A stretch of DNA of 64,000 bases from Haliotis rufescens. Lineage: Eukaryota. The stretch spans positions 59,210,001-59,274,000 of the forward strand of contig NW_025963890.1 in NCBI RefSeq assembly GCF_023055435.1. The letters run 5' to 3'. Every line of letters begins with the position of its first letter. Position 1 is the first letter of the stretch. The position numbers were made by a program, and so were the translations under genes. The notes under the pieces were generated by a model, which saw nothing but the letters and a program-made list of their open reading frames with translations, made no database searches and was not told where the DNA came from. Of this stretch, positions 12,866-24,332 are shown piece after piece.

Positions 12866-15251
12866 AGCTATCACTATATTTCATCAACAACCAGACCTGT
12901 TGGTCACGGGTGGAACGAGCATTCATTGTAACAGCCATCTGCATAATGCTTCCCCTGCGTCACAGGGCCATATGACACAGATGAATCAACTCAACTCGAA
13001 AGGTTGCATTGGAATCACGCACGCACGAATACGGTGTTAGCATTAGATTTCATGTCTCAGCGCAAACATCTTTCTGCTGATGCGAAAGGTTTCGTTGTTA
13101 AAATATTTGAATACTTTAGGTTGAAAGTGAAAGACGTTCGCCCTTCTTTGACATTTCAAAGTACAGGAAAAGAACAATTCATGCGTTACAGCTTTCCAAA
13201 CAAACCGTAGTTAAGATTTTGAACTCTCATAAAAACACATGCTTCCCTGCACATCCCTTAAGTGGCATATCAAAACAGGATAGGAAATTAAAGTTAGATT
13301 CCTTTGATAAGAAAGTTGTCAGGGACGTGATCGGCGGTTAACACGAGAAAATGAATTTATTTCATCACGAAAACTAAAACAAATTCTCCTTACAGAGCAT
13401 GGCTTAGATAGCTCAAAATGGACCATTTGTAAACTCCTTTCCAAATTTGGATATCAGTACAAAAAGACGAAAGGGTCGAAACTAGCAATGTGTGAACGAC
13501 CAGATATCATTCGTTTGCGTATCAATTATTTGCGCACTATTAAAAAGAAACGAGAAGAAGGCTATGAGCCTGTCTATTTGGACGAATCCTGGGTTAACGC
13601 CTGTCACACAGCGGCTTACCAATGGTCTCACCCAGATACCAGAGAGCCACAGCGCAAGATCCCCCCTGGTAAAGGGGAGCGCCTGATTGTCCTCCATGCA
13701 GGCTCCCACAGAGGTTTCTTCCCTAGGTGTGATCTAGTGTTCAGATCCAGATCTACAGATGGCAGAGACTACCATACCGAGATGAATAGTCAGGTTTTCA
13801 CTGCGTATGTTGAGGAGCAGCTCCTCTTAGCACTGCCTGATAAATCCTTGGTGGTTATGGTCAATGCTCCCTATTACAGTTGTCGAGATCCCATTAACAG
13901 TTGTCCAACCTCAAATTCCACCAAAGGTGAGATATGTCGGTGGTTGGACAACAACCGCATTGCTCGGCCCACAAAAGCAAAACAAACTGACTACTACCAA
14001 CCGGTTCTTCAGAACAAACCCCCGCCCTCTTATTTGATAGGACAACATGTTGAGAGAACACGGTCACGAAGTGCTTAGACTTCCTCCTTACCTTTGTGAC
14101 TTGAATCCAATCGAACTAATCTGGGGTGATTTGAAAAAATATTGTCGCACGGCAAAATAAGACCTTCAAGCTTGCCGACGTCAAGCAGATTGTCTTGAAA
14201 GGGATGGGAAAAATTCAGATGTACATGGGGCAAACTGTGTCCAACATGTTATCAAAGTTGAGGAAGAGTATTGGAAACAAGACTGTATCCGACCACATAC
14301 TGTCCAGCCTGTTGTTGTTTATTTAGGTGACAGCAAAGACTCCGAATCTGATGACGAGGGCATTTCGTGGGACCAAGAATAATGCAATACATATACCCCT
14401 GTTTCACTGCGAGATGCAATAGCCCGAATTACCAAGGATATGAATTCTTACAGATTCGTACATATTCTTAATTACTTCTTAAGAATCTTAAATATATCTT
14501 ATTTGAATCGATAACATTCTTGTAATACGTGGGATTCGTGAAAAAAATTGTTTATCAAAGAATTCCTAGGAATCGTCTACGAATTTCAGGTTCGTGCTTT
14601 GTAGTACATGTCGTTATCGGATCTTGTCCACTTTGTGCAATTCATGGCTCTGAATTTGATTCTCTTTCACCCGAAACAGCCCCGAAAGTCTCGAATCATC
14701 TACGAAAATATTAAAATATTTTCTTCGAAACCATAAAGCAATGATTTGACTAAATGAATAATTACGTATGATATGTTACACCTAATAACATGATGCATGA
14801 AATATAATAATGTGGCAAGGAGTGATACATTCAAGTCAATAACACTGACCTGAAAAAGAATGCAAAAATATTTGGATAAATATTATTAAATAACTGCTTG
14901 AGACGCCCAACGCTAACACCGTATTCGTGCGTGCGTGATTCCAATGCAACCTTTTGAGTTGAGTTGATTGGTTCAACTGTGTCATATGGCCCTGTGACGC
15001 AGGGGAAGCATAATGCAGATGGCTGTTACAATGAATGCTCGTTCCACCCGTGACGAACAGGTCTGGTTGATGAAATATAGTGATAGCTAAATAGTCTGGT
15101 TTATTATTCATGCACCGATTGTCATTAAATGAAATATCCAGTTATGTATGACTGTTTAATAATCTCATACCAACTTTGACTGGAGTAGGTCCAATAGTTT
15201 TTCAGATATTGTAGTAAACGTCGGTACCTTAAATTAACTTCCAGACTTATA
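12866..15251 (+). mobile_element. Decayed IS630-Tc1-mariner DNA transposon, Sailor-like (~DD83E), with ~175-bp inverted repeats
   Basis: Inverted repeats 12866-13041 and 14912-15088; possible right terminus ...TTAACTTCCAGACT followed by TATA at 15248-15251; internal transposase remnant. Confidence 0.8.
13052..14382 (+). pseudogene. DDE transposase pseudogene (Sailor-like)
   Basis: Motifs VYLDESWVN, GKGERLIVLHAG, DYHTEMN, VVM[V]NAPYYS (second catalytic D replaced by V), GHEVLRLPPYLCDLNPIELIW; 253 nt from the D2 position to E (about 83-aa spacer with one frameshift); several stops and frameshifts. Confidence 0.88.
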
Positions 15252-15459
15252 CGCTCGGTGACTGTTGATTGCATGTCATCGTACACCAACGGCCTGGATC
15301 GTTGCTCATTATAATTATCAATTTTTGGATTTTCCGGTCCATACTCGAGTATTTATTATTTATTCCCGCGCTACAAACTAAAAAAAGGCAATCACCTGGA
15401 AACAAACACTGCACAATGGACAGTAAACCCTCTTCATAATAAGGCGGGGCTTCTAAAAG

Positions 15460-15556
15460 AGTGAGTTAGTGAGTATGGTTTTACGCCGCTTTTAGCAATA
15501 TTCCAGAAATATCACGGCGGGGGACACCAGAAATTGGCTTCACACTTTGTACCCAT
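15460..15556 (-). mobile_element. tRNA-derived SINE family B, 5'-truncated
   Basis: Reverse complement of the 3' half of the 30740-30912 element, with (GAGT)n tail. Confidence 0.8.
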
Positions 15557-15928
15557 TCTAAAAGATATAAGCGATACCATTGATGTTTTTCGGCTTTTCA
15601 ACTATGCTGAGAGTGAGTCACAGTGAATTACATGAAAGCCTGGATTATCAGTGTTGAAGGTACGTAATAACTCGGATTCCTCAAACCAATGATTTCGAGA
15701 ATATATGTCGGCCCTAAATGACAACACACTATTTAGCAGAAACATATAATGGTATCACAACATTGAACACTTTCTCTATGATAGTTTTGTACTATGAGGC
15801 GTTTTTAATTACTTTGTGCGCGGATTCGCAAGCCATTTTTAACACATGTAAAAAAACCCATGATGTTTGTATCTTTGACAGTGTTTGTCAATGTATTTCA
15901 GGAATAGAAACAGTTGTTTTCATAATCA

Positions 15929-15949
15929 TGACGTCAATGCTTCGCGGAA
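15929..15949. promoter_or_regulatory. Orphan CRE + STAT/GAS-like composite element
   Basis: TGACGTCA-ATGC-TTCGCGGAA in sequence homologous to the copy-1 upstream region (21260 onward), but no vWA gene follows. Confidence 0.6.
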
Positions 15950-17239
15950 CGCTTTACTCACACAGCAAACAATCGATAATCTTCTCAATAACAACACATA
16001 GGAATCTTGTAGATGTTTCTGTGGAATATATAATGTGAAATGATAGTGTGTATGTACTGTACTGGAATGCATCGTGCCTTCCTGTTGATTATCCTTTGAT
16101 TTTGTAAACCATTATGATCAAACAAAGTGTGTGAATACACATTGCTGTGTTCCATCTGGGGAAATCTTTGTCGTATCAAACATTCCCTAAGAAGCGTTCC
16201 TGCATTGTATTTTCCAGAATATATGGCGGCCCTAAAGGAATTCGCTATTTTGCAAAAAAACATATATTGGTATCATAACAATGAACACTTTCACTGAGAT
16301 ATAATTCGATAAGAAGGCGTTTTTAACTACTTTGTTCACGGATTCGCAGACCATTTTTTAATACCCGTTAAACAACATGATGTTTGTGTCTTTGGCAATT
16401 TATTTCAGGAATAGAACAAGTTGTTTTAAAAATCAATATAGGAAGTGATGTAAATTTTTGTAAAATCAAGAGCCACTTTGCGTATTTTTTCTATTTCTAC
16501 GAGACTGATAATACTTTTCAGAAAGCTCTTGTATAGAACAATTTTTCCTTACATCTAATATATATTTACGTTTATTTTCAGCAACGAGAAAATGTTTTAA
16601 AATATATCAATAAACCAAGTTATTTAAAATAACAACATTGATCAAGATTGGCCAGTTTCCTTGATATATACATCTGGAAAATAATTAAAGTATTACCTGT
16701 TTTATATTTTCATATATCCTTAACTTCCATTCATCTTTTGGAAATATCTACACATGACATTGATCTTATTTCATTTGAATGTTTAAGAAAACACCGATGC
16801 CTGCTATGCAGTGAGTTCACGAAAACGCCATATCGTAAGATGCAAAGAAGCTGATGCAGCTATTGAATGGGAAGTCAAATAGTTATTTTCACACAATCGT
16901 TACAAAACATGCAATTAGATTATCGATTTCAGTTTCTGTATTTCAGTATGGGTCTGTCGCGTTGTAGAAAATAAAGGGGTTGCGTACGAACTTTAATACC
17001 GGATGGGATTTTGAAACATGGCTCTTCTATATGGAAATATAGTAAGCAGTGTTTTCCATGATATATGTCAGAAACAAACTATTGCCCCGTTTCATAACAT
17101 TAATCTAAGCATGAACATTTGCTGGTCTTTTAAAAGTTATAAAACGTATGATTAATAATAGTTATGTTGATTATACATCTTCCGACATGGAAAGGTGATT
17201 GTTAATTCAGGAAAAGCGTTCACCACTTGTGGAAAGTAT

Positions 17240-17365
17240 CTCTCAAACACGTTGTTTACCTTCGTGTCTCCTCACACGCGAGTCTAGGACTCGGTTTCAT
17301 TGAGTAGCGCAGTGTAGTGAAGCGAGTTTAGAAAGAATGTGTGACGTATTTACTTCGCGGATTGT
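17240..17365. promoter_or_regulatory. Conserved distal upstream module (orphan copy)
   Basis: CTCCTCACACG..CTAGGACTCGG...GAATGTGTGACGTATTTACTTCGCGGA; homologues at ~22735, ~29027, ~41750, ~49975. Confidence 0.55.
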
Positions 17366-18400
17366 TATGCTCAGTCAGAAGTTCCACTGTCAATGCAACA
17401 ACATTACACGCCGATTTAATTTTCAAACCCAACATATTAGATGCAGAAAACGGTAATAGCAAATCACAGCAAATTTTGACTGAATTATGCGTGCTAAATG
17501 TGCGGTTACTTCACTGAACAAATTGAGATGAAACATGAATATATTTTAAGTATGTGAATTACGAACATACATATTTATGTCATAACGTTATTTCTTCACC
17601 TAATGCATGTATTCGGCCGCAGGTATTTACATTTGTAAGGTTATATAACTGCACATCATCTCAAGGTGAGAGGACAGCCCAGTGCATTTCAGTTCGTGGA
17701 TGTTAGCATAAGTGTTTCATTATATCCGAGTTACAATATAGGAGTTTAAAATCATATGACGTGTGAATATGAATAAATTCACGTGAGTGCTCATAACTAG
17801 ATCATATTATATATATGTGATTTTCTGTTTGTTTCTGGTTACTTTACATTCCAGCACGTCAGCTTAATGTGGAACTTCGTTGACTTTTAGTATTTGGTGA
17901 AACACACGAGCATGGTAACGGCACTGACAGATTCTAATTCACGACCAGACGATTTTCAAAGAAAATAAAGTATATGCAAGTCTTATTAGTTTGTTTTATT
18001 CATTCTTATTCAGTCTGATATGGAACATGTTAAAATGAGGTATGAATTGAAGGCCAATGAATTAGTTTTGTATACATTTTAATATAAACAATATATACAG
18101 CGTTTCACATAACAGGAAAATAACGTTTATCAGTCTCTGTCATTCGGTAGAAAACACACATTCTCAGTCACGCACTTTAATGACACATCATGCCCTCCCA
18201 TTCACATAAAATATCTGGCAAGTTGTATGATATGAGATTCGATCTCGATGTTTTTCAAAGTTATATACTGATGAATTTGGCCTCTTATGTGCCAGTGTTT
18301 TCCAGAATGTCCTTTGATATATGGCATGTTAAACAAACCGTCCATATCTCCGTATCTGTTAGCATATATCACAGAATGTGCGTCAATGTTCAGAAACATT

Positions 18401-20292
18401 CTATACTTTGTCTGATGAAATTGTGCTGCCTTGTTTGAACACATGTCGAGCAGTAGATCGTGATCTCCTCAGACGTCTCCATGCGTAGTCATAGGACTTT
18501 ATCATGGAGGCTGTTTTGACGTGGTATGATGCTCTTCTGTACACCACCCTCCGCATATAGACACTGCAGTCCTGAGACACAACATTGTTCACCTGAGCTC
18601 TGACAAGTTTGTTTCCAAGAAGCCGTGTTTCCCAATTAACATTTTCGGGAATATAGTGGCAGAACTTGCTGAAAACCACACACCTTCGTCCGTACCGGAT
18701 GGACTGAACACCGATCTCATAGAGAGCTGGCTTATTGTTCTCAGACTTGAAGACTGTCTTCTTTCTGAATCCAGGGTTGGTACCCCGTCTTTTCTCCCAT
18801 TGTGCATCCTGTTTGAGTGGGACGTCAGGGGAGATAACTTTGACCCACGGTGACCAGTCCATGTTTCTCAAGCTGAAGTTGTTCTCAAAGACTTCCTCTC
18901 TTCTCAGAAGAGGTGTCACAAACTTTGTTGATTTCTGGAATAATATAGTGTATTATGAGACTCCTTGACATGATCATAGCTTAACACAATGAAAACAAGA
19001 ATTAAACAGTGTCATCGCGCATTTAAAAACAATTGAGAGAATATTTTACCTTGAACGATTTCTTTCTTGGCTTTCTGATGGATTTAGGTTTGGGCTTTCT
19101 GACTCTTTGAATGGATGTTATTTTCTTTAAGGTGGGAACCTTCACATCTTTCTTAGCGGCACTGATTGTAATCGTTGTCTTTGGTGGAGAAGGGGAGACA
19201 ATTCCATCACGTAGGGATGTAAACATTCCTTCCATGTCTTTGCTGAGGGCACCATCAGCGCAACGGGCTCGAACCTCTTTCTCGTACACCTGATGAGGGC
19301 AAATAATCATTGATGAAAGGAGTTTTATAACAACGAATATCACACGATTAAAATGACAGGCTCTCTACGGATTTTAAAGTGGTGCAGTGATTTCAACTTA
19401 CATGAAGAATCTCTGCCCCCTGTTCCCTGTAGCAGATGGCCATAAGGAAGTCAAAGATGTTTGTAAAGTTTTCCAATTTAAGATGCCGACCTCCTGTCTT
19501 GTTGGAAATGGTTTCGTAGAACGTCGTATTGTCCGTGTCGCACTGAACTCCATAGATTTTCACTCCCTGAAATTAATATTAATATATAGAATAAGTGAAT
19601 AAACATCGTTGTGTCGAATTTACGATTGTTGTCGTGAAGTAAAAGCAAGGTCCCTGCACCTTTCTTATTTATTCATCATTTTCGGTTATGTCGAAGCCCA
19701 GATAACTTTACTCGGATAAATTTACGTAAGCCCCTTAAACGTCGACACAAAGGTGTTTGACCGTGGTGAGTGTTGTATTCTTATCATTTGATATATGTAT
19801 GAAAATGACCACAACCTGGAAATTAATAGAAATTCAACATACCATTTCATCCAGAGTTTGTGTCTCCTTTCTCCAGTCTATTTTTAGTTTATTGGCTTTG
19901 AAATCTGGTTCGTGGGGCTTGTCGTCCCCGACGACGACGAGAACACGGTTAGATCCTGGTGTCCATGACAACTCCTCCCTAACTTGTCGGAGAACAAGCT
20001 CGTAACACTCGCCGTGGTCGTATGTGCCTCCTGTATCTTTAACGTTCATGACGAAGTCGCAGAGTTCTTTGACGTCAGTGGAGAAGTCGATCCACTTTGT
20101 GACATATGTGGATTTGGTACAGTAGTCACCGTGTGCGAAGACGGCGATTCTGACGGCGGGGATGTCAGCCTGGAGCCGCTGTATCATGTCCTGGAGTCGT
20201 CCTCTGACTTCAGCCAGACACTTGCTCATGGAGCCGGTTGTGTCAAAGGAGAAGACAATCTCCGGAAGTCCACCAGGAGGAAGCAAAGCCAT
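18401..20292 (-). CDS. vWA(MIDAS) + basic linker + ET/HRT-type GIY-YIG-like protein, copy 1 (462 aa); CDS exons 20292-19843, 19566-19402, 19289-19050, 18934-18401
   Basis: Four coding exons (450, 165, 240, 534 nt) joined by GT-AG phase-0 introns give one open frame. N-term IVFSFDTTGSM...AHGDY...TGG...ECYE...VVGDDKPH; C-term WSPW...PALYEIGV...SVYMRR...YDYAW. Candidate AATAAA at 17995-18000. Confidence 0.92.
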
Positions 20293-20726
20293 ATTGAATC
20301 TGTTGAAATATTCAAAACAACTGAAGTACATGTATACAAGAAGTTTCACTCTAAAAATTGATAGAAATTTAGAACAATTAACTCTAGCAGTGTAAATAAT
20401 TAAAAAATGTTTTGAAAATCCGATTTTTTTCCTTTTTAATCTTAATTTTTATATTCTCAAAATTTCATAAAAGAATAGATTAACTTTTTAACAAGTCCAT
20501 TAAGAAACAAGAATGTTTCTTAAAAATATTTGCACTGGTAATTTCCGTTATTATGCTATGATCATTTTTTATAGATATAAAAGAATGTGTTTCCATTATT
20601 AGTAAATATTTTTTCTTATCAAATAGATATAAATAGATAAGTTATTTGGCGACGATTTCCTCGATGTTATCAGAGGCGGTACTATATGTATATACACCAT
20701 CACTGTTAACATGTTCCTCTAGTTAC

Positions 20727-20870
20727 CCGTTTTGAATGGTGAGAGTAGTTATATAGTTCTTGTGCTATATTTCCACGCTGCTGTCAGACGTAGTTTATAT
20801 CTATTCAAGTCTTTCAACTGTAGTGTATGCCAGTAGACTGATCTTACTCAGCAGCCCGCCAGCTTTTATA
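20727..20870 (-). promoter_or_regulatory. Copy 1 core promoter and non-coding exon 1
   Basis: TATAAAAG (20870-20863); Inr TCAGTC with A+1 at 20839 (TATA at -31); donor G|GTAACT at 20727/20726; acceptor CAG just before 20299. Confidence 0.8.
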
Positions 20871-21259
20871 CTGGCTGAGAGGCGACCAATGGGAGCTCGC
20901 TGAGACTTGTCTTGGCTGGCATGTTTGGACCTGTTCCGTGGTTGTGTTTAGACGAGCAGGCGATGTTCATGTCTATGCGTTTCAGTAGATGCCTCTGTTT
21001 GGAAAGAAACAAAATCAACTGCTTAATCAGTTGACGATAAATGTAATCGGGGAAATATTAAACATTTTAGACTTAGGGAAACGTGTTGTCATTGAATGTC
21101 TCATGTTCTGAATCGACGCGTGAAACATACATCCAGAAAAGCATGAACATACTCTCACAAATACATTGTTTATATCTATGCTCTTTACACTGTCTGTCGG
21201 AAGATATTTCGGTCGGAATCGGTATATACCCGCAATGTACAGAGTTTGTATATTGTAGA

Positions 21260-21280
21260 TGACGTCATTGCTTCCTTGAA
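21260..21280. promoter_or_regulatory. CRE + STAT/GAS-like element, copy 1
   Basis: TGACGTCA-TTGC-TTCCTTGAA (TTC-N3-GAA), about 420 bp upstream of the predicted TSS. Confidence 0.65.
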
Positions 21281-22734
21281 TGCTTTACTCGCACAACAAA
21301 CAATGGATTATATTCTCAGTAACTACACATAGGAATCTTGTTGATGTTTCTGAGGAATATACATTGTGAATTGACAGTGTGTATGTATGGTACTGGAAAA
21401 TATCTCCCCTTCCAGTTGATTGTCCTTTGATTGTGTAAACCATTATGATCAAACAAAAGGTGTGAATATACATTGTTGTGTTCCATTTGGAGCATACTTT
21501 GTCGTATCAAACTTTCCCTCAGAAGCGTTCTTTTGTTTTATTTTTGAGAATATATGTCGGCCCTAAACGAATTCGCTATTTTGCAAAAAAACATATATTG
21601 GTATCATAACAATGAACACTTTCTCTGAGATATAATTCGATAAGAGTGAGTAAGTTGTATTTAACGCCGCTTTTAACAGTATTCCAGTTATATCACGGCG
21701 TGTCAGCTTAATGTGGGAGGAAAGCCCGAAGTGATTCAGGTCTCAATTCGATAAGAAGGCATTTTTAATTACTTTGTTCACGGATTCACGGACCATTTTT
21801 TAATACACGTGAAACAACATGATGTTGGTGTCTTTGGCAGTTTATTTCAGGAATAGAAAAAGTTGTTTTAAAATTCATTATAGGAAGTGATGTAAATTTT
21901 TGTAAAATCAAGAGCTACTTTCGTATTTTTTCTATTTCACGATACTTTTCAGAAAGCTCTTGTATACAATTTTTCCTTACATGTAATATATATTTACGTT
22001 TATTTTCAGCAACGAGAATACGTTTTAAAAATATATATCAATAAACCAATTTATTTAAAATAACAACATTGATCAGTTTTCATGACATACATAAATAATA
22101 CTCTTGTGACCGGATTTGATATGAAGTATCAGCTGTACTACCGTGGCCAGTTTCCTTGATATATACATCTGGAAAATAATTTAAGTATTACCTGTTTTAT
22201 ATTTTCATATATCCTTAACTTCCATTCATCTTTTGGAAATATCTACACATGACATTGATCTTATTTTTTTTGAATGTTTAAGAAAACACCGATGCCTGCT
22301 ATGCAGTGAGTTCACGAAAACGCCATATCGTAAGATGCAATGAAGCTGATGCAGCTATTGAATGGGAAGTCAAATAGTTATTTCCACACAACCGTTACAA
22401 AACATGCAATTAGATTATCGATTTCAGTTTCTGTATTTCAGTATGGGTCTGTCGCTTTGTAGAATATAAAGGGGTTGCGTACGAACATTAATACCGGATG
22501 CGATTTTGAAACATGGCTCTTCTATATGGAAATATAGTAAGCAGTGTTTTCCATGATATATGTCAGAAACAAACTATTGCCCCGTTTCATAACATTAATC
22601 TAAGCATGAACATTTTCTAGGCCTTTTAAAAGTTATAAAACGTATGATTAATAATAATTATGTTAATTATACATCTTCCGACATGGAAAGGTGATTGTTA
22701 ATTCAGGAAAAGCGTTCACAACTTGAGGAACATA

Positions 22735-22860
22735 TTTCTCAAACACGTTGTTTACCTTCGTTTCTCCTCACACGCGAGTCTAGGACTCGGTTCATTGAGT
22801 AGCGCAGTGTAGTGAAGCGAGTTTAGAAAGAATGTGTGACGTATTTACTTCGCGGATTGT
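22735..22860. promoter_or_regulatory. Conserved distal upstream module, copy 1
   Basis: Near-identical to 17240-17365; ends TGACGTATTTACTTCGCGGAT. Confidence 0.55.
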
Positions 22861-24332
22861 TATGCTCAGTCAGCAGTTCTCCTGTCAATGCAACAACATT
22901 GTACACCGATTTAATTTTCAAATTCAATATATAAGTTGCGTAAAACAGGAATAGCAAATCACAGCAAATTTTGACTGAATTATGCGTGCTAAATGTGCGG
23001 TAAATATACTGTACGAATTGAGATGAATCATGAATATATTTTAAAGAATGTGAATTACGAACATACATAAGATGCAATTTGGTCCTATTATTTATGTCAA
23101 AGAGTTATTTTTCACCTAATGCATGTATTCGGGTATTTACATTTGTAAGGTTATATAACTGCACATCATCTCAAGGTGGGAGGACAGCCCAGTGCATTTC
23201 AGTTCGTGGATGTTAACATGAGTGTTTCATTATATGCTAGTTACAATGTAGGACTTTAAACTCATAAGACGTGTGAATATGAATAAATTCACGTGAATGT
23301 TCATAACTAGATCATATTATATATAATATATGATTTTCTGTTTGTTTCTGGTTACTTTACTTTCCAGCACGTCAGCTTAATGTAGAAAGTCGTTGACGTT
23401 TAGTATTTGGTGAAACACACGAGCATGGTTAATTCACGACCAGACGATGCTGACACGGACCTTAAATTAAAGCGAAAGAAACAGCCTATTTCAATATTCA
23501 TAAGAAAACTGCTGAATAGTACTTGATCAATAATTTCATGGATCTATATTCTGTAGCCGAACATCACTGCACCTTTGAGCTAGAAATGGAGTAAGGTATT
23601 GACATGCGCTTCCAAGTCCCAATTATGTTGTCACTGAAATATCATGCTGGAAATCGTAACAAGAAGAACGGCTCTTCGTTTTGTTCCTTACGATGTCTTT
23701 ACTCAAAGAGATATGGAAGTCGGGGATGGATAAGGGGTTGTGATATGAGTGAATGTTGCTATATGTCCATGTCAGGGCGCATTCAATGTAACTGAATCGA
23801 GACAAGGGAAAGTTGAGGTCTTCAGTGTGAAACAAACGCCACGTTTCGGGGGCAGGAGGACGCACTCTTGTAAGTAGACATTTTCAAAGAAAATAAAGTA
23901 TATGCAAGTCTTATTAGTTTGTTTTATTCATTCCTATTTTGATATTGCACATGTTAACATGAAGTATATATTGTAGGTCAATGAATGATATAAATTTATA
24001 TACATCGTAATATGAACAATCAAATATATACAGCGTTTCATATAACAGGAAAATAACGTTCATCTGTCCATCATTCGGTAGAACACACACATTCTAAGTC
24101 ACGCACTTTAATGACACATCATGCCCTCTCATTCACATAAAATATCTGGCAAGTTGTATGATATGAGATTCGATCTCGATGTTTTTCAAAGTTATATACT
24201 GATGAATTTGGCCTCTTATGTGCCAGTATTTTCCAGAATGTCCTTTGATATATGGCATGTTAAGAAAAAACGTCCATATCTCCGTATCTGTAAGCATATA
24301 TCACAGAATGTGCGTCAATGTTCAGAAACATT

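Noticed and set aside
12708-13040. Similar ORFs at 12708-13040 (+) and 14836-15111 (-)
   Set aside because: Similarity comes from the transposon inverted repeats, not from a gene pair.
18401-20349. Reading the three ORFs per unit as a prokaryote-style operon
   Set aside because: Canonical phase-0 GT-AG introns join them, plus a 165-nt exon missed by the ORF track, into one protein.
18190-20395. Recurrent plus-strand ORFs (MSENKLVT..., MKNLCPLF..., MFSDLK...) conserved across the array
   Set aside because: Antisense shadows of the minus-strand exons; their ends vary between copies.
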